Shown here: positions 53,710-64,000 of the stretch, one piece after another | Position numbering within the stretch: position 1 is the stretch's first letter | Layout: each line of letters starts with the position of its first letter | Assembly (NCBI GenBank): GCA_964016885.1 | Contig: OZ024742.1 | Location: 76,198,001 to 76,262,000 of the forward strand | Direction: 5' to 3' | Length of the DNA stretch: 64,000 bases | Source: Eledone cirrhosa | Taxonomy: Eukaryota | Made by a program: the position numbers and the translations under genes | The notes under the pieces: generated by a model | The model's database searches: none | What the model was told of the DNA's origin: nothing | Seen by the model: only the letters and a program-made list of their open reading frames with translations

Positions 53710-55350
53710 AATAAGAATGTTTTACACATTTTGAAAGTTCCAGATATCGCGGTGTTTTGTAGCTTATGAATTAAGGAGCTATGCCCTTAATAATTGTTGC
53801 TTATGAATTTCAGAAGCTACGCTCTTTCTTCACAAATCCGGTTATACTTTTTTCCAGTGGGTTGGTATATAACTTGTAGCTCCAATAATGACAGTCATGG
53901 ATACTGGATCTGCAGATTTTTCATCGCTTAGATATGCTCCATATCATATTGACATCAAAGGGCCAGTTGACTTCTATAACATGCCGTGTCTTTTGTGTGG
54001 TTCCAAAGGACAATATCAGACTGTCTATGCTTTAATTAGAAGTGGTTTTCATTTTTAGGTTCCACAAGTATTCCTTTGAGGCATAAGTCTCAACATATTC
54101 TGCCCTGTTCAATTTTATTTGCAACTTTTTATTTGAATATCTCGTAATGCAATCTAAACCGTTCTAGCTATCACATCATGCCTCTTGGAGAGGTTGTAAC
54201 GGGAAGACATTCTTTCACAGTTGGCAATATTGTGGCTAACAACATCGGTTTTTGTTTTGCACAACCTACATTTTTCAAGATATGACCCTGCTTGTTTGTG
54301 CAATAAGAAGTTGAGTGAAATTTCTTGTACCTTGGAGATATTCTTCAATGTGGGATATTATGAATTTGTTGAAACTGCATGTAAGGATTTTAGTATGTTT
54401 TACCCCATCTATGGCTTGTGTGTTTTTCCCAACTCCTTCTAAGTAAATAGGTCCATTTATTAATTCGTGCGATTAATGAGTAAAGTCATCTAATGTTCCT
54501 GGGAGAGAGATATGTATTTCATGTCTCTCTTCTCGATCAATGGCATTCCTAACAATAACATTATTTTCATGTTAATATGTTAACGGTTCCAGTAACACTG
54601 AGCAGCTTGCACTTTTTATATCCATCTCTTTCAATTCTTGCAATGACTAGGTCAGCAAGTCAAATATTGGTGTTATGATAGGCACATCAAAATTATTATG
54701 TGTAATGTGCTTATTATATGATGAGTGTTTTACCAAGTCATTCTAATTACTCTCCTGAGGCATTCATACGTATTCCTCTCCTTATTTATGGCTCCTTCAT
54801 ATCTGACACTCTCCCCACGTCCCAGTTGCTTATAACTATCACCTGATTGTAGCGGCTATGACGTCAAGCCGTTCGGTTTTAGGATTTCAGAGAAAGGCAC
54901 GTCGTTTCCCCGTGTGATGCGTTCAAATGTACTTTTGGACTCACCACATTTCATTCCAATGTCTGTAGAAAATTGCGTAACAATATACAATTATTCATAT
55001 GGTTGGTATTCGCTCCATGAGATGTCATTGAAGATAAAATATGGGAGACGATTCCCGATCCATTATTTCCACTATGTTTTGATAATTTTGTGATAATGGA
55101 TTTAATGAAAGGACGAAGAGCAGCACTGACAGGTTACCCTGAAAGATACCTTTTTGATAGTAAATGATATCAGACACGTGTTGCTTCTTATAACACCTAA
55201 GGAGCAAAATGATATGCCCAATATACTTATGCTCTTGATAGCAGCTAGTAGTAAGTTTGGAATTTTGGATAACTATAAAGCGTAGATAATTCAACTGTGT
55301 GATATACTAGCAAAAGCTCTATTGTAGTCGAGCCTCACTATAGTGAAGTT
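53710..55350 (-). pseudogene. R4/Dong-like RLE non-LTR retrotransposon relic (RT, CCHC, RLE)
   Basis: KGIFQGNLSVLLFVLSLNPLS; CRLCKTKTDVVSHNIANC...KRHDVIAR; DIVLW; IIIGA. Confidence 0.75.
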
Positions 55351-56047
55351 ACTGTAATACCTTAAAGTTTTTATTTGAAAAGCCATTAACGGTACAATAC
55401 ATTCATAAAAACAATATTCAGGTGGGTAAGCATTCCCTTAAAATTGCGATCGTGATTTAAATGAACCATTCACTAATCTCCCACGTACCTGTATGCGCAT
55501 TGGGTGTATCTGATTTCGTGGTGCAGGCGAGCGCGTGTGAAAGTACGCCCATGTAAATATAGAAAATAATAAGTTAATACAATATATATATCTGTATGGA
55601 ACAAAGTAATCACTTGGAAATTTCTTATTTAAAAGAATATTGTTTCGTTAATAGATAATCATCTAATCTCTCTATATTTCTGCTTCTTATTGATGTCCTA
55701 AAGCTATGACCTTGAGAATGAAGCGAAAAAATGTTCATTATTCATTTTAATGAGACCATCAAATTTATAATAGAGGATAATATAAAGTCTAATAATAAAC
55801 AAGAAAAGAAGACAAACCTTAATTACTAATCTATAATCGTCTTGAAAATGGCAAATTAAAATACTTGTAAATTACATCCTCTCCAATCAAGAAAATGAAA
55901 TGTAAATAGACACATTTGAACGTTGAGAAATAAATTGGTATTATGGTTTACATTAAATTATACCGATATATTGTTGTTTTCTAAATGAACGTTCACTGAT
56001 GAGCAGATATTTCGTCTTGTGTAGTTACTCACCCTGTCTCATTATTT

Positions 56048-56083
<36 letters not shown>

Positions 56084-56599
56084 AACACACAAACATACAC
56101 ACAAACAAACACACAAACACACACACGCACACACACCCCCACAAACACACGCACGCACACACATATACAAACCCAATATATATATATGGATGTGTGTGTG
56201 TGTGTGTGTAATTGTACATTTTATATAAAAATGACTTCTACAGAACTAGAACTATATTATTGTTAATAAATCGGCATGAATAACCAGATGTTTCCATATG
56301 AATTGAACAGTTTTATTTCTGTATAAATTATATATGCTACTCCACTACTAACATATTGAGTACTTTATTTAACTGTGTTTTTTCTCGACACATCCGGAAA
56401 ACCATGTATCTTTCAATACCCAAATATTCATCAAAGTATCATAATAATCTGCCTCAATTATTCCAATACCATCATGCAAATCTGGGTACAGACAAATATG
56501 ATGTTCAGTTTCTATGTATTTTCTTCATAGCACATCAGCTACTATTACCATTACGACGTTCCTCCTCCACCCTGGCTAGGATGGCCTGTTGAATTTCCC

Positions 56600-57240
56600 T
56601 TACCTACAAAGCTGTGTCATATTCAAAAACATCCTTCATTGTGCTATTTGTTTTCCCAAATAGCCTGCATACATATGATTTCCAGAAAGAAATATCTATC
56701 AGTAAGTTCATTTTGACATTTCACATGTCCAGTTAATGCAAGTCCCCGTAAACGTATAATGTCAGAAACGTGAGAGGGTAAACTGTAGATCAATATATGC
56801 ATACGTTGGTATATTAGGAGATGATCCGAAGGTTTCTCAGCTTTCACATGTATGAGCTATTTATATTCATAAGTGTTTCTTAATGACCATGACACACACC
56901 TGTAGAGGAGAATGAACTCAACCGTTGCTTTGAAATAACTCATTTTGAACGGAGAACCCACATCTTCGAAATTGAGTTGAGTGATCACTACATGCCTTGC
57001 CTATCTTGGTACCCACACCGTGTTCTTTATTCATGTAACTGCCATGGTATAAGAAGTCGTTAACTGCTTCAATCCCCAGACCGTCAAGCGCATGTATTTG
57101 GTCATTTGATGTTGCGTTGAAATGCATGGATTTTGTGTTGACAGTATTCACGAAAATTCCAGAGGATTTCGCAGGAGCCTCCACTCTGTTTAACAAGTCC
57201 TCTGCATCTTTGGTAGGGTTTTGCAACAGGGAATTCTATC
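56600..57240 (-). pseudogene. RTE-like LINE RT C-terminal relic
   Basis: DAEDLLNRVEAPAKSSGIFVNTVNTKSM...IEAVNDFLYHGSY; RGLALTGHV. Confidence 0.65.
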
Positions 57241-57299
57241 TGCATGAACCAGTGTGATAGCTTGGTAGCAGAGTTGCAATAAAAAGGAATACCCTTCAA

Positions 57300-58250
57300 A
57301 TATCAGTCTGTTAAATAAAATAGTTCGTTATTTAAAATATATATTTTTCGTTTTTATCAGCAGAACGTTTGGCAACTGACGCATTACATGTTTGATAAGT
57401 GTTCTTATTTCATGAGTTGTACTTTGATCAAGCCATGCCATGTTGAGATTTTGATTTTTCTCATGCAGTTTTCTGGTATGGGCTTTTACAGTAACTTTCT
57501 CTGTTCTCTGGAAACAGTCTTTGTCCAAATGCTTCGTCTTTTACTGTGATAAAATTGCTTTCAAGGTTTTAGAGGTTATAAACAGCATCCTATAGTATTG
57601 TAATTTTAGGCGTTTGCCGTGTTGGTATTCTTGGTTACCTAGTCGAGAGTCATGTTTAATCTCGCCAGTAATTAGATCATGAGATTTTGCAAAATATTTC
57701 AGTTTGAAGTTTGGGGTTCTTCCATTTGCTTCATTTTCTTCAATGTGTCAGACACGTTATCCACTGTGATGTCTTCCAACATTTTTTTAGCGGCTCGGTT
57801 TCTCGTGCATGGCGATTCCACTGCTTCCAGCAATCTTCCCCAGAACTCGTCTAATATTTTTCTTTCTGGCGCTACATTTATCTCTATTTTGCTTATACTA
57901 AGTTCCTGGTTGAATCGTTTTAGGTTGGAAGGAAATGACCAGTTTGGTTAAATTTTTCATATCTACAGATTCTTGGTGCCTTTGCAAGTATTCTCTGTTT
58001 GAAACATTCTTTAGTTTCAGTGATTTCCATTTCTGTTATGTAATATTTCTTAAATATTTTTATTTTTTACAATTTTCTTCAACGTGTTGCTATCTTTCCT
58101 ATTTCATTTAAGCTTGTGATGTCCTTTCTTTTATTCTCTCTCTTTAATACGTGTTGATTATTTCCTGGTTTCTATAGGTTTTGCTATTATTTTTTAGTAG
58201 TGACTACTGCATGTATTATGTTATTTACACTTGTGTGTTACTAATGGTTC
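57300..58250 (-). pseudogene. Upstream part of an R4/Dong-like LINE ORF (decayed)
   Basis: FWGRLLE and ITVDNVSDTLKKMK pre-RT motifs; LAWLDQS-like peptide. Confidence 0.5.
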
Positions 58251-59149
58251 TGTTGGTGTTAATTAAATCTATCATAGCCAGTTTAGTATTACTTATAATT
58301 GTTGCCTTCTTCTTCTTCTTCTTCTTCTTCTTGTATTATTAAATTTCCTGTGACTGATATTGTATCGACTCTTCGATAAATTTATTTTTGTGTTTAATCC
58401 ATAACTTGAATGATGTTTCTTGAGTATATATTCAAACACATGATGATTCTTGTTATTTGGCGCTTTTGAAACTAAGAAAATTTGTATGTATTATATACCT
58501 AAGCATTTGATAACGAAATTGCTTTCTAAACATTACGGTATTAAAATATCTGAATGTTGAGACGTGTCAAAATATAAATAAAACACATGAAATGAACCAA
58601 TAATTGTGTCTAGATTTACGTTTTCTGGTAATTGGCTCAACTAATCTAGTCCATCACGAATAAGGCTTGTTAAACATATTAGGAATGGTTTTATCAGAAT
58701 TTCCAAGAAATTACTTATTTTATTCTCTTTGCATTGTGGAGCATCGACAAGATGTCTTGCGGTGAAATTAATTCAATGCATTAAGAATTTGAATTTTGTC
58801 ACGCTTCAATTATTAACATATTTCAAGTTCAGTAAGCTGTAAACATTGCAGTTTTATATTTGAATTTTACTATATAATCTACCAATTTTGTTGTCAAATA
58901 TCTTCAATAGAGTTTCAATAATGCAATAAATCTTCCCGTTATTTTGGAATGTATATATTTGTGTGCCCATTCAAAGTTAACATATTGTTCTCGTTTCTTT
59001 TTGACAAGATGTGTATACTAAGAGTTATAGGAGGGGACTGGAATCTCTATAGACCTACTCTTTAAGGAGTGATGTTAGAGTTGTCAAATCTTGCATGCAT
59101 TAAATTCAACTCTTTTTATTAATAACTGCATTATGTATTTTTAGATAAA

Positions 59150-59558
59150 CCTGAACCTGACAGATCAAAGAAAGCTTCAAATGTAACAAGTAGTGATTTC
59201 TTTTGAAAATCGATAACGTTTTGCATCGTGGTATTATGAAGTACCTGCAGAAAAAGGGATTAGACTCTAAGGACATTCAAGCTGACATGGTTGCTACATT
59301 AGAGTATGATGCATAAGTGGGCAGCTGCATTTAGGAGGGGAAGGGAGAGTCCTGTATATGACCCATGTTATGGAATCCTGAAACTGCCATTATCGAATGA
59401 AACATTGATCGTGTTTACCACATCGTGATAAATGACAGTCGATTTACTATCAATCAAATAACCAATGCTATCAGCATATCCTGTGAGAGAGTTGAGAATA
59501 TTTTGCACAATGATCTTGGCATGACGAAGATTCCGGCTCTCTGGCTGTTACGTCTTGT
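59150..59558 (+). mobile_element. Mariner transposase N-terminal relic
   Basis: HRGIMKYLQKKGLDSKDIQADMVATL..WAAAFRRGRES...NDSRFTINQITNAISISCERVENILHNDLGMTKIPALWL (decayed WVPR motif). Confidence 0.82.
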
Positions 59559-61179
59559 AGTATAATGACAACTACGTTTGTTTTGTTGGCTTCGCAATGT
59601 GTCTTGTAGTTATGTGAGGTGAGTCCAATAAAGAGTTAAACAAACTGGTATTATATGTTTATTCTCTAGGATATTGAATTTATCAGGAGATAAGAAATCA
59701 CAAAAGTTATTCAGTGTTTTTCTATTTTCCCTTTGAGAAAAAGTTAGCTTTCCTTTGATAAATGTTATCTATATAAACAAAGTATTCAGACAATCTTAGT
59801 TTTACGGTAAAATGATGTGATATTATTCTTAATTTGTGATGCATTACATTTTTTAGTAGGATAAGTGTAAACTTTAGTCCTTTAAACAAATACAGAATAG
59901 ATTATCATATAATCTTTTCATCGTATAATGCTTTGACGCCCTTTACTTCCGTCTAAAAAACGACTGCTTTCATGCATCTATGTTCGGTCTGGAAGAGTAA
60001 TGTATTAGTATCGTTGGTCTAAAAAATGATCACCACCGGTGTGTGCCCTGTAGGAATTAATACATACAGTATACACAGGGTGTTTATTGAACCTCTCGTT
60101 CGTTTTAATGTACGTGTTTGAATTTGCCTTCTTACATGTTGTGATTTCATATGTTATATATATATATATATAGCAGTTTGCTTGAGGCATTGTTGAATAG
60201 GAAATATAAATTTAAATAATGTTGAAAACAATACAGTGCATTAAAAAATTAATGCTGCCAAGTTAACAATAGAATCTTACCGTAGCACATTTAATAATCC
60301 CAAATGTTTTTTAAAAATTCATTATCGAGTTTCCTCTAAAGGTCTTAAAGGATCGAACCTTTAAGACCTTCACGGGGATACTAATGGTAAGATACTATTT
60401 GTATTGGCACCTTTAATTTTCTAATGCATTGAATTATGTTTCAAAATTATATATATATATATATATGAGAAGAATTGAGTGCTGCGTGGTTGCACATGGG
60501 TTACATATGAAAAGAATAGTCCTTCATCAGTGATTCTCCAACCTTCATTGGTATTTCATCGCTTTAAAAATCATATACCTCCAGTTGGTGCGAGCAATAG
60601 CTAAATAAAGCTATTGGGACAAGTAAAGCGTAAAGCGAGCGAGACAAGTAAACAAACATATAAGGTATAGCAACGGGAAGATAGGAAGAAACAAGCACAT
60701 GATATCCGTTCAGCTTAAGCTGGGAGAATTTCATGGGCGAGAGAGACAACAGACCGCCCGACGTGAGTAAGGTGTGAGCGAGAAAGGACCCCACACAGGC
60801 AAACGGGAGGAAGTGACAAGAGGAGAAGCAGAGAGTGAGTGAGTGGAAGTGCGAGGAAGAGGCCAGTCGAGAGAAAGTGTGACTGACAGAGGGGGCGAAA
60901 GAAGGTGAGAGATACAGAGAGAGGGTGGAAGCAGTAAGAGAGAAACAGAGAAACGCAGCTGGGAAAAATATATATAAAAATATGAGAAAAATTGCGTGCT
61001 GCGTGGTTGCACATGGGTTACATATGAAAAAAATAGTCCATATATGTATATATATATATACACCTCAGTATGCAGATTGGAATACTCGACGAAATATGCA
61101 TGCGGGTTTGATTACTCCGGAGTAATGTAAAATAAGTAAGTCAAACATGTAAAATTTGGCTTCGTTTATTTTAAATTCT

Positions 61180-61232
61180 CTGCTATATATATTTCGGTGA
61201 CAGGTATTATTGGCTGTGACCTCTTCAGGCAG
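61180..61232 (-). ncRNA. Type I hammerhead motif
   Basis: Minus: CTGC-CTGAAGA-GGTCACAG...CTGTCACC-GAAATATATATA-GCAG. Confidence 0.78.
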
Positions 61233-61399
61233 TCCGAATTAGTGTGCCAAAGACAGGTAAACATGTTGATGAATGTGTTCCACTGTCAATTCATCGATAT
61301 GTCCAGCTCCTTGATGTGCTGTTAGTCCTCCGAGGAACTTGAATACATTCAGTGGCAAGGCTCCAGTTCGGGAGTTCGGGAGATGTGGGGAACGTGGAG

Positions 61400-64000
61400 T
61401 TACCCCTTAGTTGTCATAACCCTCAGGTCTGCTCTGGCCCGGAGTTGTAGTACCGGTTATGGGTTAAATAATTGCCTTATTCGAGTGGCGCCGGTAAGGT
61501 ATTGTCAGCCATTGAAAAGAACATGGAGAGTGTATTTAATAGCACTAGGGTTAGAGCCCCTAACTACATGGTCAAGGAGCAGTATGGTCGTTATGACTCT
61601 GCTGGCTTAGAGCCACAGGGAGGGCCAGTGGACGATGTATCAGCTATCTCTGAGACAAATATAAAGAATGAAATTTTGTCATGCAGAAGAGCCATCAAAA
61701 TGGGCACTCTGAATGTGAGGACTATTGTGACACTGGAGAAGAGAGAGGAGTTGGGACATCTGTTCGAGGAGAGTGGTATGCAGATACTTGCGATCCAAGA
61801 ACACAGGATCCTACGCGATGAGCCCATGAGGAGTGTGATGATTGGGAAGAGGAGCCAGCTCACCACCACATCAGCAGTGAAGAACATGACCAATGCTGCA
61901 GTAGGAAGAGTGGCTTTTGTTTTCAGCACAGAAACCAATATATTGGTGAGGGAAATCATACCTGTCTCCCCCCGACTGATGAGGGTGACCTTCAATGGAA
62001 ACCCAAGTCTGACAGTCATCTCAGCCTATAGTCCAACCGAGGGAGACAGTCATGTGAGTGCAGAAGAGTTCCATGAGGAGGTGTGTAGAGATGTCAATAC
62101 CACACAAGCTCACAACATGCTGCTTGTTCTGGGGGACTTCAATGCACATCTGAGTAAGGAGAGCAGCAGTGAAGATCCTTGCTGGTACTTCCATCACAAC
62201 ACCAACCGAAATAGAAGACTACTGAGAGACACCCTGCTGGAAGCCGACTTGATAGCAACCAACTTAAAGTTTAGGAAGAATCCGGGGAAGATGTGGACCT
62301 ACATCTCAGATATGTACCTGTCCAAGTCCCAGATTGATTTCATTCTGGTGAGGAAAAAGTGTTGGAATAGTCTTCTGAACACAGAACCATACAACTATTA
62401 CAGTACACTGGGCAGTGAGATCCGGCTTGTAAGTGAAGAGCTTAAGAAAGAACAAGGCTCAGCCCCGGAGAGCAATCTATGACTAGGGAGCTTTCAAGGA
62501 ATATGATAAGCTACGGCAGAGTATCACAGTAGAACTGAGGAATAGGTTGAGTGTTCTGTGTGGAAAGACATAGGAGAGAGAGATTGGAGGGACTGAGTAG
62601 AGTGTGACGAAGAGGTACTGGTACTTCACCAATGCAGTGGCGGAAGCAAGTGAAACATGGTGCTGAGGGGGAAGAATAAAAGGAAGCATGTCAGCTCTGC
62701 AGACCCAAAAGTGTGTGCAGCCAGAGAACACCTGAAATCTGCCAAGGACCAATTCTATACTGAGAAGTGTGGAGAGAGAGCGGTTGGCAGGTCTGGATGT
62801 AAGGAGAGCTGGATGATCATCAACGAGATCACAGGGAGAAAGAGATGGTGTTCGAGTCAGATCCAGGGAACAGGGCCCGAGGATAGGAAGGGGAAATGGT
62901 TGGACCATTTTAGGACCCTACTAGGAGAGCCGCCCTCCACAGCCCAGAACACTGCGGAGATCAGGGGTCTGTTTGAGGAACTGGATATTGAGACAGAGCC
63001 CTTCACCATAGAGGACCTTCAGAGGGCCAAGAAGAAGTGGAGGGAGGGCAAAGCTCATGGGGAAGATGGAGTGGCATCAGATGTGATTTTGATGATATCA
63101 TCCTGGAGTTCTGTACCAGGCACGGGAGAAAGAGTTGCCCCGAATCAGTGGAGGATCAGTAACATCGTTCCAGTTCCAAAGAAGGGAGATTTCTCTAACA
63201 CCACAACTACAGAAGGATCTCACTGACGTCACTTGTAGCAAATACCCTCAACAGGATGATTCTTAACAAGATACATGCCGAGATGGAGAAGAAGCTCAGG
63301 GACAACCAGAACGTCTTAAGAGATCAACCAGCAGTCACATCCTGTATATGAGGAGGATATTAGGGGTAGCTAGAGCGAAGTGCCTACCTGCGGTTATGAT
63401 TTTCATTGACTTTAGGAAGGCCTTTGATTCAATGGACCATCACTGCCTGATGAAGATCTTACAGGCTTATGGAAACCCCAAGAAGCTAGTGGACCTGATA
63501 TCACTTTTCTACACCAACACCAAAGCCCAAGTCATTTCACCTGATGGCATGACAGAGTTCTTTGAGATACTGACTAGAGTGCTCCAGGGAGATTCAGGGG
63601 CTCCCTACCTTATTATCATCGTAGTGGACTACCGTATGCGCCTTGCGCGTTGCGCAGGAGAAAGACACCACGATGATTGGCTTTACTGTAACACCGGCTC
63701 AGTGCAGGAGAGTTATGGTAAACAAGATATCGACATAATTTTGGTGACAAACATGTGAAGGAGGCAGATCATTTGGTGCAGGAGGTGGAGATTGTGACGA
63801 TGACTGTGGGGCTGAGAATGAATGAGATTAAGACAAAATATCTGGTAGAGAATATTAAGAAGCCAGAGAAGATTACTAATGTAGACGGGAAGCCGCTAGA
63901 ATTGGTTGAGGACTTCCTGTATTTGGGAGCAAAGATTGGGAATATGGAAGATGATGTGGTCGAGAGGAAGAGCTTGAGATCGGTGTGGAAGTCGGACCTT
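61400..64000 (+). pseudogene. RTE-like LINE: APE endonuclease + reverse transcriptase (stops/frameshifts; runs off the window)
   Basis: GTLNVRT, ILAIQEHR, SAYSPT, LGDFNAH, SQIDFIL; IVPVPKKGD; FIDFRKAFDS; VLQGD. Confidence 0.92.

Noticed and set aside
55995-56005. Isolated CTGATGA (also near 9877, and on minus near 26035 and 27972)
   Set aside because: No appropriately placed GAAA/NUH or stems; expected by chance
60520-60562. SECIS-like ATGA...AA...GA pattern on minus
   Set aside because: Helix pairing is poor and the apical AA is not conserved in the 46.9- and 47.4-kb copies

Overview
AT-rich, microsatellite-dense eukaryotic DNA. The SINE family, the repeat landscape and the (TA)n/(CA)n/(GA)n load suggest an animal, probably a cephalopod/octopus (inference). 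No intact host protein-coding gene is recognisable, and most ORF-track entries are translated microsatellites. The window is dominated by retroelements: at least 7 Penelope-like elements (PLEs; RT and/or GIY-YIG), including one young copy with an uninterrupted 427-aa ORF, plus RTE-like APE-RT LINEs, an R4/Dong-like RLE LINE relic, tRNA-derived SINEs, a Helitron relic and a mariner relic. The main unannotated signal, found by eye, is about 25-30 hammerhead-ribozyme (HHR) motifs (CUGANGA...GAAA...NUH with stems I-III) from more than 10 different sequence families. They sit in PLE 3' tails, in at least three non-coding ~500-530-nt tandem or circularly permuted retrozyme-like units, and in fold-back (snap-back) inverted-repeat insertions, nearly all anchored in (TA)n tracts. 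Ribozyme activity, circular RNAs and clade assignments are untested inferences. Coordinates were read manually and may be off by a few bases.
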